From the IMG/VR virus record IMGVR_UViG_3300014202_000529, positions 32,001 to 96,000 of that record: DNA of 64,000 nucleotides; one strand, 5' to 3'. A model generated the notes under the pieces. That model did not search any database and was not told where the DNA came from. It saw only the letters and a program-made list of their open reading frames with translations. Position 1 is the stretch's first letter, and the number at the start of each line of letters is the position of its first letter. This document shows, piece after piece, positions 19,326-27,420 of this stretch. This DNA is from a virus (Duplodnaviria > Caudoviricetes). The position numbers were made by a program, and so were the translations under genes.

Positions 19326-21161
19326 TTAATGAAAACAAATATATTCTCGTTGAGCATTTGCTGACATTTGCCACCACATTCCTAGTCCACATTGGGTTGC
19401 GCTAGCTGCATCATTAATGAACTCAAATTTCGATGCTTCTATTTCGAAATTATTTGTGCAAATATCATCCGAACAACTTGTCTCAAAATCTACAACAGAT
19501 TTAAACCCAAAGGATCGATACATTATAGGCAAGTGACCATTTGATACTATAAACCTATTCTTTCGTATAGTTTGTGCCCCAACGTTCAACTTATTTGGAA
19601 GATAGAGTGCCGCGTATTCTGCACCAGGGGTATCAAGTCCTCCACAATTTATAAATATATTTTCCTCAATTATATGATTGGAATTTGTAAAGTTACTAGC
19701 ATTAAATGATATGCATGGACTGGTTGTATTGTTTAGAAAAATATTCCGCTTAACAATATTGCCCTGTGAAGGTCCAGCATATCCCTGAAACTCAAGAACT
19801 TGTGAAATATTCTTCTTGGTAAGAAAAATCCCACCAATTCTTTGATTGGTGAATAAATTACCCTCAAGAAGATTTCCATTTCCATTAAACTGTGCGCGTA
19901 CAGTCATATTGACTATTTTATTATTCCGAAACACATTACCTGTTGCTGCATTTAATCTAGAACCATCAATACCAAATGGACGACAATATTCAACAAACCA
20001 CCGACATGTAAATACTGTGTTTGATACAACATTATTTCTAATCGTTGTTGTTCCGCGAAGTGCCTCCACACTAAATCCAGTGTGTTGCCAATCAATAATA
20101 ATTAGATCATGAAACGAGTTATCATGCGACCCTTCAGAGAGAAGAATTCCATCACCAGTTACTCCATTGAATTCGTGTGCGTAGCCGGCGATTGATTCGG
20201 GTAGTCTTGGATCGATATTACAATTAAAAATTTCAATATTCCTTGATTCTGTACCTGTCCCTCTGCCGGTTGAATCTGTGATATACACCCCACGATGGGA
20301 CCATCGCCCAATTTCACAGTCATTTGTTGTTTTTAATCCAAAAATCCGTATATCTGTCGCGCCTAAAATATAAACAGAACCAAGTCCACCACCACCAACA
20401 TTTGGATTTATAATATCAAAAAACTTATTATTTGCCCTCATAAAACAAAGGGCAGAAAACGAACAGGGTACATTGGTAGATGAGAGAGTTTTAACCACCA
20501 TCAATTTTATTGATGGATTTGATGTCGATGGTAAATATAATCGTTTATTGGGGGCATCAAACCACCATCCGCGAACCGGACCATTTGGTGTTGAGGATTG
20601 ACCCAAGAGAGACTTTACCTCAGACTGCATATGTTCAATGTCATTTAACCACACTCTTTTTGGTGGGTTAATATACGATGGTAGAGAAAGGTACCAAACA
20701 CCTTCACTTTCTTTTACCCAGTTGGCAGCCTGCAGCGCCTCGGTTAAAATTGTTTGATTAAGAATTCTACCTGGATTTCTGGGACAATCGAAACGAATTG
20801 TAATATGTCTGTCCGGCGTACCGGATGCAGAGGGTCCGACTAGAAATCCAGTAGTATGTAACCCACACACATAGACTGTATCCCCGGCATCAATTCCTGT
20901 TACTGGAGTCCAATTCAACCCACTGTCGGTTGAATTGAATGCACCACTCCCCCCCAATGATTCTGCGCATTCATATGAGAGTCCATTACCGTTAATGGAA
21001 CACTCTACTTTTGGTCTCACATACCACGTATTGTTGGCTTCAGACCCAACCAATGCTGGTGCTGGCGGATTAAGTGGGGTCCAAGATGCCCCCATAACTG
21101 TATATTGAACAAGAAACAATGATGAGGTTATTATTAAAAATAATATTGACAATAATTTCAT
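19326..21161 (-). CDS. Secreted right-handed beta-helix (pectin-lyase-like) protein
   Basis: Signal peptide MKLLSILFLII, TWYVRP, GDTVYVCG, N/I-rich beta-helix repeats; AT-rich. Confidence 0.7.
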   Translation of the reverse strand: MKLLSILFLIITSSLFLVQYTVMGASWTPLNPPAPALVGSEANNTWYVRPKVECSINGNGLSYECAESLGGSGAFNSTDSGLNWTPVTGIDAGDTVYVCGLHTTGFLVGPSASGTPDRHITIRFDCPRNPGRILNQTILTEALQAANWVKESEGVWYLSLPSYINPPKRVWLNDIEHMQSEVKSLLGQSSTPNGPVRGWWFDAPNKRLYLPSTSNPSIKLMVVKTLSSTNVPCSFSALCFMRANNKFFDIINPNVGGGGLGSVYILGATDIRIFGLKTTNDCEIGRWSHRGVYITDSTGRGTGTESRNIEIFNCNIDPRLPESIAGYAHEFNGVTGDGILLSEGSHDNSFHDLIIIDWQHTGFSVEALRGTTTIRNNVVSNTVFTCRWFVEYCRPFGIDGSRLNAATGNVFRNNKIVNMTVRAQFNGNGNLLEGNLFTNQRIGGIFLTKKNISQVLEFQGYAGPSQGNIVKRNIFLNNTTSPCISFNASNFTNSNHIIEENIFINCGGLDTPGAEYAALYLPNKLNVGAQTIRKNRFIVSNGHLPIMYRSFGFKSVVDFETSCSDDICTNNFEIEASKFEFINDAASATQCGLGMWWQMSANAQREYICFH

Positions 21162-21172
21162 AATTGATACCG

Positions 21173-21250
21173 TGGTGTCCCCGGTTGGATTTAAACCAAC
21201 GATCTCCACCTTCGCAGGGTGGCGTGATATTCGGGCTTCACTACAGGGAC
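21173..21250 (-). tRNA. tRNA-Arg(GCG)
   Basis: CCACC-CTGCGAA-GGTGG anticodon arm, CCA. Confidence 0.85.
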
Positions 21251-21256
21251 GTTAAT

Positions 21257-21353
21257 TGGTGCACCCCCAGTCCTTTAGGGACCATTATATCATCCAACAG
21301 ATTTAGCTCTATCTGTCTATGATGTTTCTTCACCCGCGTCCAGGTGAGGGTGC
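21257..21353 (-). ncRNA. Aberrant tRNA-like RNA with extended anticodon-position rod
   Basis: GCACCCU/GGGGUGC-A-CCA acceptor, CACC/GGUG D-like hairpin, GUCC/GGAC T-like hairpin, long bulged central stem. Confidence 0.6.
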
Positions 21354-21359
21354 TCTATT

Positions 21360-21434
21360 TGGTGCACGGTATAGGTACTGCCCCTATCTTGTCTCGCTTG
21401 TAAGGCGAGTGCATTCCTTCCCTGCCCACCGTGC
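21360..21434 (-). tRNA. tRNA-Val(TAC)
   Basis: Cloverleaf, CCA; atypical T-loop. Confidence 0.85.
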
Positions 21435-21435
21435 G

Positions 21436-21645
21436 TTAGTCGATAATTCTATGGTCTTCGTATATGTCAATTGCTTGCTTTAACTGCTTTCTAATCTCTC
21501 TTGTATTACCTTTTTCAGCAAGCAACTCAATCTCAAGCTTATGTATGCGCTTCATCAACTTCATGCATCCAGGAATAGCTTCTTGTTCACAAGCAATAAG
21601 TTCCTGTCTATGCCGTTTTCCTAGCTTCATCCAATCACTAGACAT
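21436..21645 (-). CDS. Hypothetical protein
   Basis: MSSDWMKL start with GGAG SD. Confidence 0.5.
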   Translation of the reverse strand: MSSDWMKLGKRHRQELIACEQEAIPGCMKLMKRIHKLEIELLAEKGNTREIRKQLKQAIDIYEDHRIID

Positions 21646-21657
21646 AATACTCCACAA

Positions 21658-21734
21658 TGGAGCCGCTTGTTGGACTTGCACCAACCATCTCCACTTTACC
21701 AAAGTGGCGTGTCAACTACCTCTACTTAAGCGGC
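21658..21734 (-). tRNA. tRNA-Thr(GGT)
   Basis: Cloverleaf, CCA. Confidence 0.87.
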
Positions 21735-21751
21735 GTAAACTTATTTATAAA

Positions 21752-22063
21752 ATAGGACAACATGTAAGCGGCGTTCTGTTTACAATCATCATTTCTCTAG
21801 GAGTATCATTACTGATACCCTCAAGCTGCCTACCCGCGAGTTTTGTACGAGCAGTACACTCGCCTATTTGGCATTGCACCAGGTAGAGATTGCCCGTTTC
21901 ACTTCCTCATCATCGAGGAGCGATGAACCCCCTCATTGATGATGATTACTCGTCTCTGTAGCTCTAATCATCAGGTTACCCTGTGTGGTCGTTAACCACT
22001 ACCATGCTCTAGGTGCGCCGACTTTCCTCTAGCTGTGTGCTAGCGATGATTCTGTTGTCCTAT
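21752..22063 (-). ncRNA. rnpB: RNase P RNA (catalytic subunit)
   Basis: P1 AUAGGACAACA/UGUUGUCCUAU; GAGGAAAGUC (CR-I), ACAGAGA, GUGAAACGG, AGAAAUGA, AACAGAA-CGCCGCUUA (CR-V). Confidence 0.93.
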
Positions 22064-22077
22064 AATCTCCTTTCATG

Positions 22078-22154
22078 TGGTACCTGGGGTGGGACTCGAA
22101 CCCACAGGAATCTGTTTTTGAGACAGACATGTTTGCCAATTACATCACCCAGGC
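22078..22154 (-). tRNA. tRNA-Leu(CAA), short variable arm
   Basis: Cloverleaf, A73, CCA. Confidence 0.85.
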
Positions 22155-22336
22155 AATTTTTCTAATACCTTATTCCCCATAATTAAGTTTGCATCAAGAA
22201 CCCTAAGCTCACTTGCGACATTAAATGCGACCACCCAATCTTCCTGAGTCACCGCTTCCTGCAATTCAGATTTTAACCGTTCTCGATTTTCTTCTAGGAT
22301 GTTCACTGCAACTTCAAATGCTCTCCGTTCTGTCAT
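22145..22336 (-). CDS. Small UVR-like coiled-coil protein
   Basis: LKSELQEAVTQEDWVVA...A.ELR. Confidence 0.45.
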   Translation of the reverse strand: MTERRAFEVAVNILEENRERLKSELQEAVTQEDWVVAFNVASELRVLDANLIMGNKVLEKLPG

Positions 22337-22337
22337 A

Positions 22338-22733
22338 TTATACCCCCACAGAAGACTGAATAGCAATGCCAAACATTTTGTGGTGCTGATCAATATAATA
22401 GTTGTTATACTTAGGGACCCCAGATTTACCCGAAGGTCCATCAGCATATTCCATCTCTACTGTTAGAAATGCCCCTTCGGATAACCTCTTAAATTGCATT
22501 TCGGCATTATACTTATAAGTTTGTCTCAATTCGTAGGGGATTCCTAGAGTGTCAAAGAGTATCCTATTTCTCATCCCGCGCTTTGGACAAACGATATGTA
22601 ATTCACCAGGTAACCAATAATCACCCGCTGTGCAACTGTAAGGTCTCACATACCAATGAGTCTGGACCGCTATACAATTCTTGAACATGTGTGTAGAACC
22701 ACAACCACATTGAAATCTTTTGTTCTTGTACAT
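22338..22733 (-). CDS. Hypothetical protein
   Basis: ORF with GAGG SD. Confidence 0.5.
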   Translation of the reverse strand: MYKNKRFQCGCGSTHMFKNCIAVQTHWYVRPYSCTAGDYWLPGELHIVCPKRGMRNRILFDTLGIPYELRQTYKYNAEMQFKRLSEGAFLTVEMEYADGPSGKSGVPKYNNYYIDQHHKMFGIAIQSSVGV

Positions 22734-22749
22734 ATGTCCTCATAATATA

Positions 22750-22828
22750 TGGTGCCGTGGGTGGGAGTCGAACCCACAAGCGAATCGTTTTAAGCGACCC
22801 AGGTATGCCAAATTCCCTTCACCACGGC
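22750..22828 (-). tRNA. tRNA-Leu(TAA), short variable arm
   Basis: Cloverleaf, CCA. Confidence 0.85.
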
Positions 22829-22829
22829 A

Positions 22830-22904
22830 TGGAGCCCAAGTCCAGATTTGCGCTGGATCTTACAGTTTACGAAACTATCGTGCCACTATCAACACTTCAT
22901 GGGC
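22830..22904 (-). tRNA. tRNA-Thr(CGT)
   Basis: Cloverleaf, CCA. Confidence 0.82.
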
Positions 22905-22909
22905 ATATA

Positions 22910-22984
22910 TGGTGGGTTGGCTAGGTACTGCCCCTAGTTCCTCCGGTTAAAAGCCGGGAGCTTCACTTACAAAGCTTACAACCC
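22910..22984 (-). tRNA. tRNA-Lys(TTT)
   Basis: Cloverleaf, CCA; atypical T-loop. Confidence 0.85.
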
Positions 22985-22986
22985 AA

Positions 22987-23125
22987 AATCGCTTGCATTG
23001 CTACCGTTACAACAAAAAGACTGTTACCCACTGTCTCTGATGCATGCAGGGATTCTTCCTCTCTAGAATCAGAAGAATCTATCGTGGATACCGTCTTCTA
23101 CGGAGTTGAACCGTTCCGCAAGTCA
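22987..23125 (-). ncRNA. Circularly permuted tRNA-like RNA 1 (YrlA-like architecture)
   Basis: Order: CUUGC, T arm ACGG-UUCAACU-CCGU, AGAAGAC, insert, GUCUUUU, D arm UUGU-AACGGUA-GCAA, GCAAG. Confidence 0.7.
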
Positions 23126-23141
23126 AAAATATTTCTTACGA

Positions 23142-23217
23142 TGGAGCGGGCTATGGGAATTGCACCCATACGTCCAGGTTGGAAGCCTAGCATGCTGCTG
23201 TTGAACATCAAGCCCGC
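23142..23217 (-). tRNA. tRNA-Gly(TCC)
   Basis: Cloverleaf, U73, CCA. Confidence 0.88.
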
Positions 23218-23275
23218 ATATGATCGGAATTTTAACACATCACCCTACGTCTGTCAATACTATATCGCCAGTTTT

Positions 23276-23350
23276 TGGAGCGGATGGTGGGAGTCGAACC
23301 CACGTGATCTTCCTTGGCAAGGAAGCACATAACCGTTCTGTCACATCCGC
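23276..23350 (-). tRNA. tRNA-Gly(GCC)
   Basis: Cloverleaf, CCA. Confidence 0.9.
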
Positions 23351-23352
23351 AA

Positions 23353-24375
23353 TTAAACTTGATTAATGTGTCTCATGAACTTCTTCGTCTCAACCCACCA
23401 AGGCATATTCTCATCCCAGTCTACCACATCCCAACTACCAGTCCAAATTATCACACCATCTGCAATCTCATGAAGGACTTGAAGCTGCAATGCCCAAAAT
23501 TCCGGTTCAACTAACCTTAACCCATTAGGGGGTGGAAGAGAATTGTGATACCTTGGCCATATAAAAGGATATATGGGTTTATCACCTGCATATCTCCTGG
23601 CTTCTTTAATATTTTCTACCGCGTATCGAACCCAACTATCCCAAGGGTCATTTCTTAGTACATACAAGGATGGTGCAAGAAAACTGACTTTATCCACTAC
23701 AGACTGAACGAGTGCGTTTTCTGACTGCCACCTATTGTATCCACTCACTCTTCGTATTGCTCGATCATAATCCCGACGAGGCAAAAACCCATACATCCCC
23801 AAGTTCATGGTGGGTTTTATTTCCCGCATCCAATCAAAAACTTGGATATGATTCGCTCTCTGTTGCGCCCCAAACTCATCATCCGTATAAAACTGGTAAC
23901 TCTCAATGTCGGTGATAATTGGGGTGTCATCATCATACTGAAGTGCATTGTTTGCAATATTCTTAACTGTTCCCTCATGGGGAAGAGCTAAATGATCCGG
24001 TTGACCATTGAAAAATGTATTCTCGAAATAGATTCGCGCTCGTTTGATGCCATATAACCCCAAAAGATCCGGTTTATTCAGATAGGGGGTTGTGTCGAAA
24101 ATTCTAAACGGGTGCGTTTTAAGTTTTTTTCGGGTCTGTCGGACATCTTGCTCTAAGCTTCTGTCCCACCCCGTACCGTTCCACCGATATATTTTACCAT
24201 CCCGTTGATCGATCCGATGAACCCCTGTGTGTCCTGGGGTTAGGTTTTCTATTTCTCTGTCGCCATATTGATATGCTGCAGTCCAATTTGTCAGTACCGT
24301 TGGATCATTATTCGCTTTCAACCAAAGAACTTTATCATTAGAGTGATAAAATAACTCCCCGTTCCACCTAGACAT
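23353..24375 (-). CDS. Putative glycoside hydrolase-like (hyaluronidase-like TIM barrel) protein
   Basis: IITDIES, GMYGFLP, FLAPSLY, KPIYPFIWPRYH, ADGVIIW. Confidence 0.5.
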   Translation of the reverse strand: MSRWNGELFYHSNDKVLWLKANNDPTVLTNWTAAYQYGDREIENLTPGHTGVHRIDQRDGKIYRWNGTGWDRSLEQDVRQTRKKLKTHPFRIFDTTPYLNKPDLLGLYGIKRARIYFENTFFNGQPDHLALPHEGTVKNIANNALQYDDDTPIITDIESYQFYTDDEFGAQQRANHIQVFDWMREIKPTMNLGMYGFLPRRDYDRAIRRVSGYNRWQSENALVQSVVDKVSFLAPSLYVLRNDPWDSWVRYAVENIKEARRYAGDKPIYPFIWPRYHNSLPPPNGLRLVEPEFWALQLQVLHEIADGVIIWTGSWDVVDWDENMPWWVETKKFMRHINQV

Positions 24376-24525
24376 GTTACTTCTTACACTCTGAGCAAGG
24401 GTACCAGTATCCTATTGTACCATTGACGCAAAGATGAGCATTCATATGATCGAACTCCGCCTCCTTGCGCGATGGCGATTTCTTTTTAGTATTCCTGCTC
24501 ACATGAACCTCCATAATATAATAAA

Positions 24526-24600
24526 TGGTGCGAGGTCGGAGAATCGAACTCCGGTGTCAGGCTCTTCAGGCCCGCGCTTTGCCAACTAAGCTAACCCCGC
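24526..24600 (-). tRNA. tRNA-Phe(GAA)
   Basis: Cloverleaf, CCA. Confidence 0.9.
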
Positions 24601-24604
24601 ATAA

Positions 24605-24682
24605 TGGCTCCGGTCCCAGGGATCGAACCTGGCTCATTCCGCATTAACAGTGCGGCGCACTCACCCTGAGTGCTAGACCGGA
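24605..24682 (-). tRNA. tRNA-Asn(GTT)
   Basis: Cloverleaf, CCA. Confidence 0.9.
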
Positions 24683-24700
24683 ATAATCTCTATTCAATTT

Positions 24701-24776
24701 TGGTAGGGACACCTGGGCTTGAACCAAGTCTTAAGGTTTCAGAGACCTTCGTGCTCCCAATTACACCATATCCCCA
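24701..24776 (-). tRNA. tRNA-Gln(CTG)
   Basis: Cloverleaf, CCA. Confidence 0.88.
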
Positions 24777-24779
24777 CTA

Positions 24780-25106
24780 CTATCGTGCATGTTTAGGTAA
24801 TATTTCAGGGAAATACCTAGGGCACAAATAAACCATCAGTATCACAACAATAATACTAGAACCCCCCAAACCAAAGACCACGGACCAATCCCAATCCAAC
24901 CCCCACCCTCTAATAGTGGTGAAAGTTATAGATTTTCCTATGATAACCCCCAGACCCAACCAAATAGCAAACCAAAGTAACCAATCAGAAACCATAGCAA
25001 CAAACATTCCACAAACAATAAACAATGCTCCCATAGTTTTCCCAACAACCCCAAATTCATCAAGCAACTCATTAAGTTGATTGTCATTCATTACAAAGCT
25101 CCCCAT
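24780..25106 (-). CDS. Membrane hypothetical protein
   Basis: Three hydrophobic segments. Confidence 0.5.
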   Translation of the reverse strand: MGSFVMNDNQLNELLDEFGVVGKTMGALFIVCGMFVAMVSDWLLWFAIWLGLGVIIGKSITFTTIRGWGLDWDWSVVFGLGGSSIIVVILMVYLCPRYFPEILPKHAR

Positions 25107-25608
25107 TAAACCATTTAAAACGTAACTTAACTTCTTCTAGAGCAATGGGTTTATATTCGGTCTGCTCAACACAAACACACACATACCACGGATCATCTAG
25201 AACATTTGCATGTGTGTGACCATGAACATTTGCAACAAATCTTCCCTTACTCTCAGGATGCACTGGAATATGGGATAACAGCATCCTATCGAGAATGTGA
25301 TATCCTCGAATATCACGAAAATGCTTCAGGTAATCGGTGATCTTGAAGATATCATGATTACCCTTAATTAAAACCTTGTCACCATTCAATCGTTGCAAAA
25401 CCGCTAATGCTTTTCTAGCAATAACCACATCCCCCAGGTGATACACTTTATCATTCGGACGGACAACCTTGTTCCATTCCTGGATCATGTATTCATCCAT
25501 TTCCTCTGGTGAATCCCACGGTCTCAGTTTGGTACCGTCATTTCTGAGGAACTTACAGACCCCAGCATGACTAAAATGTGTATCGGCTGTAAGAAATATG
25601 TTACTCAT
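25084..25608 (-). CDS. Calcineurin-like phosphoesterase
   Basis: TADTHFSH, YHLGDV, KGNHD, LSHIP, NVHGHTH. Confidence 0.92.
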   Translation of the reverse strand: MSNIFLTADTHFSHAGVCKFLRNDGTKLRPWDSPEEMDEYMIQEWNKVVRPNDKVYHLGDVVIARKALAVLQRLNGDKVLIKGNHDIFKITDYLKHFRDIRGYHILDRMLLSHIPVHPESKGRFVANVHGHTHANVLDDPWYVCVCVEQTEYKPIALEEVKLRFKWFNGELCNE

Positions 25609-25612
25609 AATA

Positions 25613-25686
25613 TGGCCGGGACACTCGGTAACGCTCCGAGTCCAACTGGTTCAAAGCCAGCTATGCTTCTTTTACACCATGTCCCA
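25613..25686 (-). tRNA. tRNA-Gln(TTG)
   Basis: Cloverleaf, CCA; atypical T-loop. Confidence 0.83.
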
Positions 25687-25972
25687 AAAACTGATCCAAT
25701 CCTTCTTTATTTGCGAGTCTCTTTAACGTTTCTGCATGACACCGTTTTGGTGCACAATGACACTTGAGATTCTTACCAACCAACGGATCTAACCAATTGG
25801 GGTCTTCTTTTAATCTCTTCGTTGCATACTCTTCAAACTCATCACATACTCTGTTGCGTTCCTCAAGAGTATCTATGGTCATTATGAAGGGGTTACCCCA
25901 AGGAGTTGATCGATCCACCAAGACCGCTCGACTCATGACTCCTTCAACATCTCTGATATGGTAAATCTTCAT
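25661..25972 (-). CDS. DUF4326-family protein
   Basis: VDRSTPWGNPF, L.GKNLKCHCAPKRCHAETL. Confidence 0.85.
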   Translation of the reverse strand: MKIYHIRDVEGVMSRAVLVDRSTPWGNPFIMTIDTLEERNRVCDEFEEYATKRLKEDPNWLDPLVGKNLKCHCAPKRCHAETLKRLANKEGLDQFLGHGVKEA

Positions 25973-25976
25973 AATA

Positions 25977-26066
25977 TGGCGGAAGATACAGGATTTGAAC
26001 CTGTGTGGGAGTTACCCCGCATTGTTTAGCAAACAAGCCCGTTTAGCCAGACTCCGGCAATCTTCC
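25977..26066 (-). tRNA. tRNA-Ser(GCT)
   Basis: Long variable arm, CCA. Confidence 0.9.
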
Positions 26067-26073
26067 TCGTCTA

Positions 26074-26148
26074 TGGAGTCGCCGATAGGACTCGAACCTA
26101 CATACAACTGCTTTGCAGGCAGCGACCTAGCCTTTCAGTCACGGCGAC
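26074..26148 (-). tRNA. tRNA-Cys(GCA)
   Basis: Cloverleaf, U73, CCA. Confidence 0.9.
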
Positions 26149-26153
26149 ATATA

Positions 26154-26229
26154 TGGCGCGCCCGATGGGTAACGATCCCACTTCATTCCTGATTGACAAT
26201 CAGGCGTCCATCCTACAGACTCCGAGCGC
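26154..26229 (-). tRNA. tRNA-Asp(GTC)
   Basis: Cloverleaf, G73, CCA. Confidence 0.85.
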
Positions 26230-26243
26230 ATTCTATTATTTTC

Positions 26244-26327
26244 TGGTGGACCATCAAGGAATCGAACCTTGTGGGAATTAACGACTGGTTTACAGCCAGC
26301 CCCGCCTCCATAACGGTCTAATGGTCC
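26244..26327 (-). tRNA. tRNA-Tyr(GTA)
   Basis: Cloverleaf with extended variable region, CCA. Confidence 0.87.
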
Positions 26328-26335
26328 ATAAATCT

Positions 26336-26432
26336 TGGGTGCCTAGGTCCCCGGTTATTTCCAGACTGGGGGGACTCCACGAATGTCTGGCCAGATGTTC
26401 CCATGTCAACACCCTGGGGAACCCGCGACTCT
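26336..26432 (-). ncRNA. Putative ~100-nt GC-rich structured RNA behind its own promoter
   Basis: TTGACA-17-TAGAAT upstream; GGUUCCC/GGGGACC and CCAGAC/GUCUGG stems. Confidence 0.45.
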
Positions 26433-26477
26433 ATTTCAGATTCTAACACACCATCGGGAACATGTCAACTACTAATT

Positions 26478-26567
26478 TGGTCCACCCGTTAGGAATCGAA
26501 CCTAAACGAGGCTCCAATCTAGAGCGAGGGGTTTATAAGACCCCCTTGCCTCCAAGGCGCGGGTGGA
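26478..26567 (-). tRNA. Atypical tRNA with UAU anticodon (allo-tRNA-like; long V arm, tiny D arm)
   Basis: GGGGU-CUUAUAA-ACCCC arm, GCUC-UAGAUUG-GAGC variable arm, GCCU-UGG-AGGC D hairpin, CCA. Confidence 0.75.
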
Positions 26568-26576
26568 TATTTTATT

Positions 26577-26652
26577 TGGTGCCTGTGGTAGGATTTGAAC
26601 CTACACTTGACGGCTTCTAAGACCGTTGACTCTGCCGTTGGTCTACACAGGC
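26577..26652 (-). tRNA. tRNA-Leu(TAG), short variable arm
   Basis: Cloverleaf, CCA. Confidence 0.87.
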
Positions 26653-26657
26653 GATAT

Positions 26658-27116
26658 TTAAAATTTCTTACTGACTTCATTTGAAAGGGGACTCAAGTTT
26701 CCCTTTGCATCCTTCGCTTTCAGTGCAAAGTAATATGTAGCACCTTTCAAGATCCCTGTCAACTTCAATTCTGTTACTAACCCAATTTCAATTGGTGTCT
26801 GATACTTTCCCGGCTCCAGACCCCAATACACCAGATACCCACTTGTTACCCCATCAACCGGTGGAGCCCATGTTAATGTTGCTTCCCCCATAATCACTAC
26901 AGGTGGGGTTGCTGCTGCGATTTCAGCAAGCATTGCATCTTTACCACCAGGATTCGACCATGATTTACCTACAAACTTACCAGAGTGGCATTCATATACA
27001 TTCGACTTATTGTTGTTATGACACCCATATGAATCCAATGCACCAGCATGTGGAAACGCTGAGGAGGCACTAAGGAATAAGAACAATGTGGCAACCACAC
27101 TCACTATAATATTCAT
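26658..27116 (-). CDS. Secreted YHYH-like plus fibronectin type III domain protein
   Basis: Signal peptide, HAGALDSYGCH..YECH, TLTW..P..GYLVYWG..YYFALKA.D..GN.S..SNEV. Confidence 0.8.
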   Translation of the reverse strand: MNIIVSVVATLFLFLSASSAFPHAGALDSYGCHNNNKSNVYECHSGKFVGKSWSNPGGKDAMLAEIAAATPPVVIMGEATLTWAPPVDGVTSGYLVYWGLEPGKYQTPIEIGLVTELKLTGILKGATYYFALKAKDAKGNLSPLSNEVSKKF

Positions 27117-27130
27117 ACATCCTCCGGTTA

Positions 27131-27204
27131 TGGTGGCGGTAGAAGGAGTTGCACCTTCTCAGTACGACTTATGAAATCGTCTGGCTGCGCTTGTGCTTAC
27201 CGCC
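27131..27204 (-). tRNA. tRNA-Met/Ile2(CAT)
   Basis: Cloverleaf, CCA. Confidence 0.78.
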
Positions 27205-27210
27205 TTTATA

Positions 27211-27286
27211 TGGTAGCGGGTTAACGAGTTGCACGTTAAACTCAAGGTTATGAGCCTTGACGGGTCGCTGTCCCCTTCCACCCGCA
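27211..27286 (-). tRNA. tRNA-fMet-like (CAT)
   Basis: Unpaired 1:72, GGCTCATAACC anticodon arm, CCA. Confidence 0.8.
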
Positions 27287-27292
27287 AATTTT

Positions 27293-27420
27293 AAAACTGA
27301 GAGGCCGTGCTTCCGTTACACCACATTCCTACGTTACCGATCTTACTGGTGGCCATCCAGGAGTCTTAATTCATGATCGGTGTTCAGAACAATCGGATTT
27401 GAACCGTTCCTGCCCCGTTA
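27293..27420 (-). ncRNA. Circularly permuted tRNA-like RNA 2 (YrlA-like architecture)
   Basis: Order: GGGGC, T arm CGG-UUCAAAU-CCG, acceptor-like stem closed by an ACCGAUC/GAUCGGU insert, D arm GUGU-AACGGAA-GCAC, GCCUC. Confidence 0.7.

Noticed and set aside
27293-27420. Permuted element as the missing tRNA-Leu(CAG) or an extra tRNA-Met
   Set aside because: CUCAG and UAAC flank the open ends, but no joining gives a canonical 7-nt loop with U33 on the observed stem
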